The notes under the pieces are model-generated. The model was not told the DNA's origin, made no database searches, and saw only the letters and a program-made list of their open reading frames with translations. From the sequence record NC_070982.1: a DNA stretch of 64,000 bases. The stretch is one strand, 5' to 3'. The position numbers and the translations under genes are program-made. Positions 45,258-54,632 of this stretch are shown one piece after another. The stretch is from Escherichia phage vB_EcoP-101114UKE3. Each line of letters begins with the position of its first letter. The stretch's first letter is position 1.

Positions 45258-45824
45258 TTAGTAAGACACATCACCACTGGAGTGGGACATGTTGCTCTTG
45301 ACGAAGTAACAGAACTTGCCAAGACCTTCATTAATTTCTTGAAGCATACTCTGGTCCACTGGATAGGTGCACAAGTCTGAATCAAACTCATCCATCTTCT
45401 CAATGATACACATAAGAGTCATGCACATGTCGGAAAGCATACCGTCCATGTCAAGATCAGCGTTACCTTCTCGGAACCAAGCATGACCTAAATAATTACT
45501 AGCAGTAGCATCCACTTTAACACAATGAAAGCGCATACGCTCTGCTATTCGGTCGCCTGCCTCACGAGCATAATCTTCTAGTTCATCGAACATACCATGA
45601 ACACCTTGGAAACCAGCTCCAGAGACGTTCCAGTGGTAGTTCTTTGCTTTGATGTGTAGAAGTTCAAGGTTAGCTTGCACACCACACAAGATGTGTTCTA
45701 AGCTGTTACCGCTAATCAGTTTATTCATTCCCTCAAGACGAGAGATAGAAGAGTCAGTAGCAGAGAATGGGTTGCTAGAACCCACTCGTGTTAGTTCTGG
45801 TAAGTCGAAGACATTATTATGCAT
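45258..45824 (-). CDS. Dps-like ferritin-fold protein (188 aa)
   Basis: KNYHWNVSGAGFQGVHGMFDELEDYAREAGDRIAERM matches the Dps pattern HW-x-V-x-G-x-F...H...F-x-E...D-x-IAER. Confidence 0.65.
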   Translation of the reverse strand: MHNNVFDLPELTRVGSSNPFSATDSSISRLEGMNKLISGNSLEHILCGVQANLELLHIKAKNYHWNVSGAGFQGVHGMFDELEDYAREAGDRIAERMRFHCVKVDATASNYLGHAWFREGNADLDMDGMLSDMCMTLMCIIEKMDEFDSDLCTYPVDQSMLQEINEGLGKFCYFVKSNMSHSSGDVSY

Positions 45825-46146
45825 TAGGTGCATCCCCTTCTAAGTTAGTTGAATTAGCTACATTACGAGCAATGTTATCCATGACCTGCTGTGTAATAAC
45901 AATGCAATTCTGAGGGTCTACTGATTTAGAACGCCCCATCTCAGGGTCATAGACTTTGACTCGCTTGGCTGTTGAGCCAGTAACTTGCAACACTTTGAGA
46001 AGATAGCCTTGGTTTCCAATAGACCATGCAACAACATCACGATTCTTGATATAACGACCAAGCATGTCACGATGATAGAACTGCTGCATAACTTTAGCTT
46101 TGCTAATCTCTTCAGATGGCGGGGCCACTTTACTCAAATCTAACAT
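45817..46146 (-). CDS. Hypothetical protein (109 aa)
   Basis: ATG at 46146 with AGGAGAG RBS; a near-copy of the TAATGTATA element lies about 40 nt upstream. Confidence 0.4.
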   Translation of the reverse strand: MLDLSKVAPPSEEISKAKVMQQFYHRDMLGRYIKNRDVVAWSIGNQGYLLKVLQVTGSTAKRVKVYDPEMGRSKSVDPQNCIVITQQVMDNIARNVANSTNLEGDAPNA

Positions 46147-46216
46147 AACTCTCTCCTGTTTCATACAATATTCTTATACTGTATATACATTTGAGAGTTA
46201 TCATATCTACTACCAA

Positions 46217-46432
46217 CTAGTAATAAACCTTGCTGGATATGAATCCAGCACTGTTATGGATATTTTCAATCCAACGATGAATCTCCACCTTTTCAGCGAT
46301 TCCTAAAGCTTTTGTAGCTTTTATAGTTTTCTTAGCAAGACGAGCCTCTTGTCTTGTGTTGAATAATTGAATACAATCACCACCAAGAGCTTTGTTAGCC
46401 CATTTAGTACGAACTGCCCATAATTTATCCAT
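46217..46432 (-). CDS. Small hypothetical protein (71 aa), paralog family member
   Basis: NTRQEAR and SSKVYY motifs shared with 44137..44352 and 46432..46629. Confidence 0.45.
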   Translation of the reverse strand: MDKLWAVRTKWANKALGGDCIQLFNTRQEARLAKKTIKATKALGIAEKVEIHRWIENIHNSAGFISSKVYY

Positions 46433-46629
46433 TAGTAATGTACCTTTCCGCTGATATAGAAACGACCTGATTTAAAGTCTTGAGCTTTGTGGATAGTGAT
46501 CTTATTAATTGTGCTTTCACAACTTAATAAGAACTTCTTATGAGCGCGAGCTTCTTGACGGGTATTCCTAATACCCATTGACTCTGTACCACTGCTCCAG
46601 TGAATACGAACTACCCAACGTCTTTTCAT
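46432..46629 (-). CDS. Small hypothetical protein (65 aa), paralog family member
   Basis: ATG at 46629 with GTGGAG RBS; NTRQEAR...ITIHK...SGKVHY. Confidence 0.45.
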   Translation of the reverse strand: MKRRWVVRIHWSSGTESMGIRNTRQEARAHKKFLLSCESTINKITIHKAQDFKSGRFYISGKVHY

Positions 46630-46643
46630 TGTTCCAAACTCCA

Positions 46644-46835
46644 CTATCTGTCAACCGATTTAGGGACAAACTGCATTACACAGACCTGACTACGAGGGAG
46701 ATTTATTTCACAAGCGGCTCTTCTCGTCTCAATCTTAACGCTAGAATCTGGACCAACGTTAGATATAAATACTCCCATAGCAAATGCCCCAACTACAAAA
46801 CCTATAGCTAAGTAAGTAGCTTTTTCTTCTTTCAT
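46644..46835 (-). CDS. Small membrane protein (63 aa)
   Basis: N-terminal hydrophobic helix; weak RBS. Confidence 0.35.
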   Translation of the reverse strand: MKEEKATYLAIGFVVGAFAMGVFISNVGPDSSVKIETRRAACEINLPRSQVCVMQFVPKSVDR

Positions 46836-46840
46836 CTTGG

Positions 46841-47374
46841 TTATACACCCTTAGATGCAACTACACCATTACTGCCGTTGTATCGACCCTTCACTGCATA
46901 AGAGTCATCACCAGCGTGAGAGTGTTCGAACATAACCATTTGACCAACACGCATCCCAGCACGAACTCGTAAGCTATGATTATGGGTAACGTTATGAAAT
47001 TCAAAGGTTAGTTTACTGCTGTTAAACCCTGCATCAGCCCAACCAGCATGGAGGTGGTTTAAACCACAACGAGCCATTGAGGAGCGAAGTACAAACAGGC
47101 TTGAGATGTTATCTGGAAGGTTAAACTCTTCCATTGAGTGCGCTAAGAAGAATTGCCCCGGAGTGATAACAATACCATCTTCAGGGATTTTTACTTCTTT
47201 CCACTTGAGGTTTTCTTTAGCATCAATGTCAACAATTCCGTCAGCCTGTTCTTCAACAAGGATAGTATCACCAATACGGATATCCACGCTAGCAGCGTTA
47301 ACATATTTATGCTCCGCATCTAAAAAGCCATTATCAATAACGCTGTGTAATTCTTGAGAACCTAAAAGACTCAT
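46841..47374 (-). CDS. dcd: dCTP deaminase / dUTPase-family enzyme (177 aa)
   Basis: SSMARCGL and GWADAGFNSSKLTFEF blocks typical of the dCTP deaminase family. Confidence 0.7.
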   Translation of the reverse strand: MSLLGSQELHSVIDNGFLDAEHKYVNAASVDIRIGDTILVEEQADGIVDIDAKENLKWKEVKIPEDGIVITPGQFFLAHSMEEFNLPDNISSLFVLRSSMARCGLNHLHAGWADAGFNSSKLTFEFHNVTHNHSLRVRAGMRVGQMVMFEHSHAGDDSYAVKGRYNGSNGVVASKGV

Positions 47375-48819
47375 GAGTTTCTGTTTCCTTGTACAGATGA
47401 TGCCAAATTATTAATCATGTTACGAGCTGTTTCACGAGATAGTGTAACACCTGCTAAGTTGTTATGAAGCTCACCAGATAGCTCACGAGCAGCAGCTCGA
47501 AGTTCTGTACCAAGTGTAGTATCGGAGTGAGCCAAACCATTACGACGACTATAAGGTCGAGGAGCTTCGTTAGCGTCATTAGCCAATGATGCAAAACCAA
47601 TATGAGCAGCTTCACGAGACGCTATAGTTGACACTCGATCTTCCGTAGGGGTTGGCAAATCACCAACTTCTACACGTTCTATATCACCAGCACGTAGACC
47701 CTGAACGACTGAGCTTACTGTTTCCCATGAACGACGAGAACGCTGTAAATCACCCATTGACGGAGAAGAAGCAGGTCGAACAGTTACTCCACCTGTATCA
47801 TGAGTGACATGCCATGTACGAGTATCCATTCCAGAAGAGCGTGCACTACCAAAACTGCCAGTGAAAGTGTCACGAGGTGCCATTGTAGGAGGAACTGCGA
47901 ATCTTTCCTGTTGCCAAGAATCGCGTCTGTTAGTTCCCGGAGTCCAAGGCTGCGTGATTGCTTCAGCACCTATAGTGGTTAATCCGCTAGACCATTCTGT
48001 CTGTAGGTTAACTTCCTCGTCCAGATAACTACGACCCCTTTCCTGAGGAATGTTTAATATAGTTTCCATCATCTTCAGGGTATAATGACGACGCTGATTC
48101 TGATATAAATTTACACCAGCCATAGGTCCAACTAAATCACTAATCAGGTGAACTTCTGGCTCACCGAAAGCTCCCATTGCAAGGTGCATATATTCGGTAG
48201 AACTGCTATAAACTGCAACAGTTGCTTCAGGCCACTTCTTGTGAACATACTTCATTTCACGACCAGATACCACAGGAATGTCACGAGTGTATGACATTGC
48301 AAACAAACCTTCGTTTGACACATACATGTCATCAAGAGACATGAACCCCTGACAGATCATAGGAAAGCGACGGCTTAAAGTATCCATATCCAAAGGTAGA
48401 TTAATCATCATCTGGATTTTAACTTGATCAATCTCAATTTCCAGAATCTCTTGGAAAGTGAAAAGTGCTTCAGCGTAAGTTGTCCCACTAACAGGCTGAA
48501 CTAGGCGAGATGTAGTTTGAAGCCCTTTACTCTCTGTCCAAGACAAGAAGTTGTCAAGGAACAGTGCAGCATTCATCACGTTAGCAGGGTTGTTTTCCTG
48601 ACGGGTGTTCCAACGAAACCCTCCTTGGACTAGGAAGATATCCACATCATTCGGAGTTCGGTTCTGGAAGAACGTATCACGGATAGCACCACCTGCAATA
48701 ACAGGGTAGATACCATCAGGAACTACGTTGTCTCTGATCAGATTGCGAATCAGATCAAGCCCTACGCTGAGGGCTTCTCCTTCTTGAAGGTTTAATTCAG
48801 ACAATGGAATCTTAATCAT
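47371..48819 (-). CDS. Nucleotidyltransferase-fold protein with long S/T/R/G-rich C-terminal region (about 482 aa)
   Basis: GG-x13-DVD pattern (VIAGGAIRDTFFQNRTPNDVDIF) fits Pol-beta-type NTase; ATG at 48819 sits 2 nt after the exonuclease stop. Confidence 0.5.
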   Translation of the reverse strand: MIKIPLSELNLQEGEALSVGLDLIRNLIRDNVVPDGIYPVIAGGAIRDTFFQNRTPNDVDIFLVQGGFRWNTRQENNPANVMNAALFLDNFLSWTESKGLQTTSRLVQPVSGTTYAEALFTFQEILEIEIDQVKIQMMINLPLDMDTLSRRFPMICQGFMSLDDMYVSNEGLFAMSYTRDIPVVSGREMKYVHKKWPEATVAVYSSSTEYMHLAMGAFGEPEVHLISDLVGPMAGVNLYQNQRRHYTLKMMETILNIPQERGRSYLDEEVNLQTEWSSGLTTIGAEAITQPWTPGTNRRDSWQQERFAVPPTMAPRDTFTGSFGSARSSGMDTRTWHVTHDTGGVTVRPASSPSMGDLQRSRRSWETVSSVVQGLRAGDIERVEVGDLPTPTEDRVSTIASREAAHIGFASLANDANEAPRPYSRRNGLAHSDTTLGTELRAAARELSGELHNNLAGVTLSRETARNMINNLASSVQGNRNS

Positions 48820-48821
48820 TT

Positions 48822-49370
48822 CTACATTTTCCAATTTAGAGATGGGGGATTCTTATAATCAAATCCAGCCATTTGGCAAAGACACATGTAAACCTTAACT
48901 GTCAAGTTAACGTCTTGCTCACAATACGTGAACATGTCTTCAGTGAATGCATCCCATGCTTCTTCCTGTTCACCATAATCACCCTTCAGCTCTCCCAGAA
49001 ATTCGCCCCATTGCTTGAGGCCATGACCGCGAGGGCCATGTCTAGGGTCGCCTTTGGGGTATTCTGGACTATCACCAATACGGTCAGGCTTGAGATATCT
49101 ACTCAGGCACAAAGTATCGAAGACGTTAAAGCGAAAAGGTATCACATGAGAATAAAACTTAAACAAAGCAGGAAGGTCAAAATCAATAATATTGTGACCT
49201 ATTACTACATCAGCTTCTTTCAGTTTGTGTAGTGCTTCTTCAATTTGGTGAGGGCGATACCCCCACCGCTCTCCAGATAATACATCAAATATCCAGATAC
49301 ACCAGACATTCTGAATACCATCATAGAGATTATCACCCTCGATATCAAACGCATACAGTTTCTTTACCAC
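48822..49370 (-). CDS. DnaQ-like 3'-5' exonuclease, stand-alone proofreading domain (182 aa); GTG start
   Basis: Exo I FDIE, Exo [13 protein letters not shown], Exo III YCEQD; GTG at 49370 preceded by GGAGG. Confidence 0.65.
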   Translation of the reverse strand: MVKKLYAFDIEGDNLYDGIQNVWCIWIFDVLSGERWGYRPHQIEEALHKLKEADVVIGHNIIDFDLPALFKFYSHVIPFRFNVFDTLCLSRYLKPDRIGDSPEYPKGDPRHGPRGHGLKQWGEFLGELKGDYGEQEEAWDAFTEDMFTYCEQDVNLTVKVYMCLCQMAGFDYKNPPSLNWKM

Positions 49371-51154
49371 GGACGTGCCTCCCCTTCCTGTGCAAGTAAG
49401 GAAGCTGCATCCTCTCCATTGGTAACGGTAAAAGGATGCTCTTCATCAACTTCATGATCTTCTCGTTCTACAAGACGACCTGTTTCGTTAATGTATTTGG
49501 TATAGCAAACCCCTGTCTGTCCATAGTTACGCTCTTTGAGCAGTCGTATGATTGACAAGTTTTTACCTAACCCATCCGCTTGTTTGTTACGTTCAAAACC
49601 AATAATACACTGACACCAGCGCATCAATGAACGTGAACCAGTAAACTGTACTTCTTTAACCTGACCACCTTCTTCGTGAGGTGCACCACCTGCCGGAGCG
49701 TTCAAGTGAGATAATACAAAAGCAGTGAAGTCTAATTCCTTACACATACCAGCAAGCTCTGAAGCAATCTTGCTGATTTCTGTGTTTACCTCAGATGGGG
49801 TTAAGTGAGATACCAATGCAGTGATGTTATCAAGAATGATAAATTTACACTGATTCTCAACTACCCAAAAGCGAATACACTGCTTAATGTCTTCCCACTC
49901 GTTCTGCCCAAAGTTGTCATACAAGAAAAACTTATCAGCGTATCGAAGTGCTTCATCTCGTAGCTGGCTTTCTTCGTACTCAACATCTGGTCGGTGGAAT
50001 GGAATAGATGCAGATTTACCTGCAATGTTCTTAACAGACATGCCTACCTTCTCTTCCAAGAAGAAGCCACCACCATTAAAACCATGCTCAAGGCAAAGCC
50101 ATGCTACTAGTTCGTGTGCGATTAAGGTTTTACCTGAACCAACACCACCGCCGATTGCAACCATCTCTCCCCAACGAATACCAAAGGTCATGTCGTTAAG
50201 AGTTTTCCACGGATAAGGAATACCCCATTCCGCTTTCTTCAGAGCATCTTCGAGGCAATCAAAAACTGTAACAGCTCCAGCAGGAGATTCCCGCTTAGCT
50301 GAATATTTCAGATTGTTGAAAAGCTCTTGACCTCTCCCTGCAAGTAACATGTCGTTTGCATCTTTGATTTCCTTTTCTTGTCCGTTATAAGTGAACGTAC
50401 CTTTTGGAATCCTTGCAAACTTAACATGCGGGTACAGAGAACGACCCTTAGTTAAAGCAATCTCACCTGCATCATCATTGTCCATGCAGAGTACAATCTC
50501 CTCGAAACCATTAATAAAATCACGGTTTCTTGATAATACAGAAGAGATTGAACCTGCACCGAACGGAAGAGAGACGCAAGCAGGTTTGATGTTAGTTGCG
50601 TTTGTAAACGCGGTAAGTACGTGGAACCCAGACATACAAGAGAGAGGATCTTCAAAGATGAAGAGTTTCTTGTTGTATACGTCACCACGTTGTGCTTGAG
50701 CCATACCAAACAAGTCGGCTTCTTTCACATTACCTACATAATAGAACTTCTTGCTGTCTAGAAGTTTTACTTCATATCCAACAATGTTCCCATCACGTTC
50801 ACGAGGGAAGAAGTAGCTGTCAGGAGTTTGACCATCTGTTTGGCTTAAACCGATACGGCATCCATAACGTTCAGATACAGCTTTAGGAATTAAGCGACGA
50901 GTCAACTCTCCCTGAGGAAGCTCTAAGCAATCGTCTAAGACTTCTCGGAGTTCTTCAGGGGACAGCTCTTTCTTTTCATTAGGAGTGGGCGTCGTTCCTT
51001 TCTCGAAGATTTCATACGCACCACATCTGTTACATGAACCCCACTCCTCACCGGACTCTTCATTTCGGAAGAGAATCATGTGATTGCGGGTCTTATCACG
51101 ACCATGAGAGATACACTCTTTACAGCCTGTGTCTCCCAAAATGATCTTTGACAT
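49364..51154 (-). CDS. Primase-helicase (596 aa)
   Basis: N-terminal C-x2-C...C-x2-C zinc ribbon, central primase-like region, C-terminal Walker [10 protein letters not shown]; RBS AAGGAGG. Confidence 0.8.
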   Translation of the reverse strand: MSKIILGDTGCKECISHGRDKTRNHMILFRNEESGEEWGSCNRCGAYEIFEKGTTPTPNEKKELSPEELREVLDDCLELPQGELTRRLIPKAVSERYGCRIGLSQTDGQTPDSYFFPRERDGNIVGYEVKLLDSKKFYYVGNVKEADLFGMAQAQRGDVYNKKLFIFEDPLSCMSGFHVLTAFTNATNIKPACVSLPFGAGSISSVLSRNRDFINGFEEIVLCMDNDDAGEIALTKGRSLYPHVKFARIPKGTFTYNGQEKEIKDANDMLLAGRGQELFNNLKYSAKRESPAGAVTVFDCLEDALKKAEWGIPYPWKTLNDMTFGIRWGEMVAIGGGVGSGKTLIAHELVAWLCLEHGFNGGGFFLEEKVGMSVKNIAGKSASIPFHRPDVEYEESQLRDEALRYADKFFLYDNFGQNEWEDIKQCIRFWVVENQCKFIILDNITALVSHLTPSEVNTEISKIASELAGMCKELDFTAFVLSHLNAPAGGAPHEEGGQVKEVQFTGSRSLMRWCQCIIGFERNKQADGLGKNLSIIRLLKERNYGQTGVCYTKYINETGRLVEREDHEVDEEHPFTVTNGEDAASLLAQEGEARPW

Positions 51155-51189
51155 GCTCTATCCTCCTTGGAATTCCTTGAGCAATCTTC

Positions 51190-51396
51190 TTAGTAAAACG
51201 ATCGTATTTCTTCCCACACATCATCTTGCAAGTTTCTAAAACCCTGCAAGGTTTGCTTTGTTCTGTGAATAAATTCTTCAGAGTGCTTATCAGGTGTGAG
51301 CATACTGACAAACTTTTCATAGCGATTAATCTTCCACCGCATCTTCAAGTAGTCAGATTCCAGCTTTCTTAACTTCTGCCTGTCAGTTACTGTCAT
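51190..51396 (-). CDS. Small hypothetical protein (68 aa)
   Basis: ORF-track frame 51190..51492 trimmed to the ATG at 51396. Confidence 0.35.
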   Translation of the reverse strand: MTVTDRQKLRKLESDYLKMRWKINRYEKFVSMLTPDKHSEEFIHRTKQTLQGFRNLQDDVWEEIRSFY

Positions 51397-51814
51397 CCTT
51401 CTCACCTGCCAGATATGCTGTCCAGTCACCAGATTCAACCAGAACATCTTGTTCTTCGTCGATGTGATAAATCCACGCTTCCACAGTTTCACCGCTGTCC
51501 AATAATACTGGAATCAGTGTACGCTTGTAAAAGGTGTATGGGTTATCATTACCACGATGACCTTCCAGACCGTCATACGGACCTTCCAGACCAGCTTGGG
51601 TTGTTTCAAAGACTTCTACACGAACAGGCTTACCATTGCTGTCATGCTCCAAAGATACACTTGGGAAGTATGCTGTGCAATACTGATACAGGTTACAGTT
51701 GTTTACTGTCCACCCTTCACCAATAGACACACCACCTGCACGAGCATTGATAGCGTGGTTGTGTTGACCTTTACGAAGAGAACCATACGTTGCAACTAAT
51801 ACTTTATCAGACAT
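51383..51814 (-). CDS. AIG2 / gamma-glutamyl cyclotransferase-like protein (143 aa)
   Basis: N-terminal YGSL motif (VATYGSLRKG) with downstream acidic residues; RBS AAAAGG. Confidence 0.55.
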   Translation of the reverse strand: MSDKVLVATYGSLRKGQHNHAINARAGGVSIGEGWTVNNCNLYQYCTAYFPSVSLEHDSNGKPVRVEVFETTQAGLEGPYDGLEGHRGNDNPYTFYKRTLIPVLLDSGETVEAWIYHIDEEQDVLVESGDWTAYLAGEKDDSN

Positions 51815-51818
51815 TACA

Positions 51819-52016
51819 TTACCTTTTGTTTAAAATTTCTTTTGTACAAGAAGTCCCGTTACACACGAGAACTGTTTGAGTTATAGAATCGACAACTGTT
51901 ACATGGCTGCCGCATTGAGTTATGATTTGACCTCTCCCTGAATCTTTAGAGATGCATTCATCAGCGGCGATCGCTGACACACTGAATAAGGAGAGGAAAA
52001 ATAGAATCTTTTTCAT
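51819..52016 (-). CDS. Small secreted cysteine-rich protein (65 aa)
   Basis: Signal peptide MKKILFFLSLFSVSAIA followed by about 48 residues with 4 Cys. Confidence 0.45.
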   Translation of the reverse strand: MKKILFFLSLFSVSAIAADECISKDSGRGQIITQCGSHVTVVDSITQTVLVCNGTSCTKEILNKR

Positions 52017-52022
52017 GGCTGC

Positions 52023-52439
52023 TTACCAATCATGTTGGAAACCAGAATATCCAGAGAAGATGATTGATCGGATTGGCTTTTCAGGGAATCCTTCAAAACA
52101 TCCCTTAATGGCTTTCTTGGTTTCATCAGAAATTGACTCTTTTTCACCAAACCAATATTCTTCAAAAATATCAGAGAAGATATAAGTTCGGTATCTTTCC
52201 AAGTCATAAAAACCTTCCACTGCACTTGTAACAGCTCTACTAATTACACTTGAAGCTACAGGAAATAAGTCACCGTGTTCCAGAAACAAGCACCAACGAT
52301 CAAAGAGAGGAATCTCTTCATCTTTCAGAAGACTTTCTAACTCTTCCTTTGCCTCTTTCTTGTGCTTCTCAAAGAGGTTTTTGGAATACTCTACATCTAA
52401 GATACGACTTTTAAACATATCCAGTTTATTATTAACCAT
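52023..52439 (-). CDS. Hypothetical protein (138 aa)
   Basis: RBS AGAGG. Confidence 0.45.
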   Translation of the reverse strand: MVNNKLDMFKSRILDVEYSKNLFEKHKKEAKEELESLLKDEEIPLFDRWCLFLEHGDLFPVASSVISRAVTSAVEGFYDLERYRTYIFSDIFEEYWFGEKESISDETKKAIKGCFEGFPEKPIRSIIFSGYSGFQHDW

Positions 52440-52496
52440 TTTACAACCTCTAGTTAAATTCGAACTAGCCTCCTCTTTCGAAGAGGCTAAAGCAAA

Positions 52497-52682
52497 TTAT
52501 TCTACTTCGAAGTGTTTGATCACACCAGTCAGTACATCAGATTGGAATGTACCCACTAGCTCTGTACCTCGGAAAAAGTTAACACTTGTTCCAAGTGATT
52601 CAAAGCGATCTGCTTGAATGTCCAGAGATTGAATATTTCCTTCTGCTGACATTGTACGAAACATGATTGTGTATTTATTCAC
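52497..52682 (-). CDS. Small hypothetical protein (61 aa), GTG start
   Basis: GTG at 52682 with AAGGGAG RBS, overlapping the upstream stop. Confidence 0.35.
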   Translation of the reverse strand: MNKYTIMFRTMSAEGNIQSLDIQADRFESLGTSVNFFRGTELVGTFQSDVLTGVIKHFEVE

Positions 52683-52921
52683 AGACTCGTTACTCCCTTA
52701 TCTGCTTGTGCAATTGCGATGATACGCTCAGCACATTCCATTGAATACTTATCACCTCGTTTGAGGAAGGTGATGATTGCAGAGAACTGATTACCAATCA
52801 TTCTCTTATTTGTGATACCAAACTCTTCACAGAGTTGGTTGATAGCTTTACGAGAGCCTACAATCAGAGGCTCTTTTTCTTCGGTCATTCCACGGCTGAT
52901 CAAATCTTCGATAGACAACAT
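52679..52921 (-). CDS. Small hypothetical protein (80 aa)
   Basis: ORF in the operon. Confidence 0.4.
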   Translation of the reverse strand: MLSIEDLISRGMTEEKEPLIVGSRKAINQLCEEFGITNKRMIGNQFSAIITFLKRGDKYSMECAERIIAIAQADKGVTSL

Positions 52922-52947
52922 TACAAATTCCTTTTTGTTTAATTTAA

Positions 52948-54183
52948 TTACAGAGTTACTGCTACTTCGCTACCTTCAACATTGACAGACTCTAACTTGC
53001 GAGGGTTATGAATCTGGACTGGATTGACCGGAACGTTCCAACCACTGCGGTAGAAGTTACGACCATCACAGAACAAAATGACATTGGCAGACATTGCATT
53101 CGGTTGAAGGTTGTTGTGGACGTGACGGATATCTGCAATCCAGTAACCACGAGACAAAGTGTAACCAGTAGGTGCATTACGAATAGTTTGAGTATTCATC
53201 TGACCTTCTAGCTGCATTTCTTCAGGAACTACATCTACCGAATCAACCGGCTGTGCTACTTGTCCTTCCAGTGCAAAGTTTTCATCATCAGCACTTTCAA
53301 TATCATCCACTAACTCACCGTCTCCATCTTCAATCGGAGTCTGGTAAACCACTTTATACTGAGGAGTATAGAGAGGGTTCTGAGCTTTAACAAACTCAAG
53401 AATGTTATGACGGTAGGTATCCAGAGTTGTACCAGTCAGGCCCGGTGCTGTATTAACTTCCAGTACCCACGCTTCTTGACCTTTGGTGATAATATCAACT
53501 GCACCGAAATCCAGACCCATTGATTCAACAGCTTTCACTGCATTGATCAGAGAGGCGTCATTCGGAGCATCTGTGAAGGAGCTTGAGTAAACCCAGCCAG
53601 TGTGGTGATTACGAATATCTTCACGATAGTTAGGGTCTTCGCGATAACCATTGCGACGAATCTTCTTCTGAACATAGGTGATTACACCTTTGAACACATG
53701 GACACGCCACTCACGACGTGGGCCTTGAATGCCTTTAGTGTACAGTTCAGCTCGACCAAGACCATCACCCGGTTCTACAACAACAATGCCCGAACCAGAG
53801 TGACCAGTCAGCTCATGGCGCTCATACACAATATTACCAGTGTTTGACCACTCTTGAGCAGTCTCTTGAACATCTGTGTATTCCACAGTTTTAACACCTG
53901 CTTGGTCCATCACGCTGAAAGCACGACGTTTGTTCGCTGCCATATGTAAGGCTGCGGTACGGTTAAGGACGGTTGCAGAACCAAAGAATGATTCAGGATA
54001 GCGACGGTTCCCGTAGTTAACAACCACATCACCTTCACGAGAACGCCAGCGGCTATTCTCTGAAAGAAGACCCATCACGTTAGCATTGATGCGTTCATCA
54101 CGGATAGTATCACTGATAGCAGATACTAGAGCGTTAACAGAATCAGACGGGCCATACGGAAGAACACGGATACGAGTAGTCAT
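52948..54183 (-). CDS. ATP-grasp ligase (411 aa)
   Basis: Glycine-rich GHSGSGIVVV loop and C-terminal VLEVNTAPGLTG motif typical of ATP-grasp enzymes. Confidence 0.7.
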   Translation of the reverse strand: MTTRIRVLPYGPSDSVNALVSAISDTIRDERINANVMGLLSENSRWRSREGDVVVNYGNRRYPESFFGSATVLNRTAALHMAANKRRAFSVMDQAGVKTVEYTDVQETAQEWSNTGNIVYERHELTGHSGSGIVVVEPGDGLGRAELYTKGIQGPRREWRVHVFKGVITYVQKKIRRNGYREDPNYREDIRNHHTGWVYSSSFTDAPNDASLINAVKAVESMGLDFGAVDIITKGQEAWVLEVNTAPGLTGTTLDTYRHNILEFVKAQNPLYTPQYKVVYQTPIEDGDGELVDDIESADDENFALEGQVAQPVDSVDVVPEEMQLEGQMNTQTIRNAPTGYTLSRGYWIADIRHVHNNLQPNAMSANVILFCDGRNFYRSGWNVPVNPVQIHNPRKLESVNVEGSEVAVTL

Positions 54184-54185
54184 TT

Positions 54186-54416
54186 TTAGATACCTTTTAG
54201 TTTAAGAATTTCGTTACGACAGGATTGAATTTTAGCTTCGATTGCCCAATACTCAGCGAACATTTCGTCTTCTTGGGCATCGCTTGGAGAGTCGATTAAG
54301 TTAAAAGCAAACGGATACAGCTTTCGCTGCTCCGTTACCAGTTGTTGAAGTCGGAGTTGTTGATACTCCAGCATTGTCAGGTGAGGCTTAGCTCCCTTGC
54401 TTGACATGAGGCTCAA
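54186..54416 (-). CDS. Small hypothetical protein (about 76 aa), possible TTG start
   Basis: TTG at 54416 with AAGGGG RBS; the first ATG is at 54407. Confidence 0.35.
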   Translation of the reverse strand: MSLMSSKGAKPHLTMLEYQQLRLQQLVTEQRKLYPFAFNLIDSPSDAQEDEMFAEYWAIEAKIQSCRNEILKLKGI

Positions 54417-54621
54417 CTTTAATCCCCTTCATTTTAACATAGTCAGCCAACACGTTATTGATAACGGTTGGAAAAGGGATTTCTACTGGAGAGTCAACCA
54501 GCTTCCCAATACCTTCTTGCATCCACTTCTGGATTGCTCGGAGGTTATCACATCCTGTGCTTGTCATCGGAATACGGCGGGTAGTTACCACGTTATCCAA
54601 CATCAGTTTACGAACTTCCAT
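54388..54621 (-). CDS. Small hypothetical protein (77 aa)
   Basis: RBS AAGAGG. Confidence 0.4.
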   Translation of the reverse strand: MEVRKLMLDNVVTTRRIPMTSTGCDNLRAIQKWMQEGIGKLVDSPVEIPFPTVINNVLADYVKMKGIKVEPHVKQGS

Positions 54622-54632
54622 AACTATACCTC

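Noticed and set aside
51120-51320. 66-aa minus-strand ORF overlapping the primase-helicase start and the 51190..51396 ORF
   Set aside because: It overlaps two better-supported genes in another frame, and the primase RBS lies inside it.
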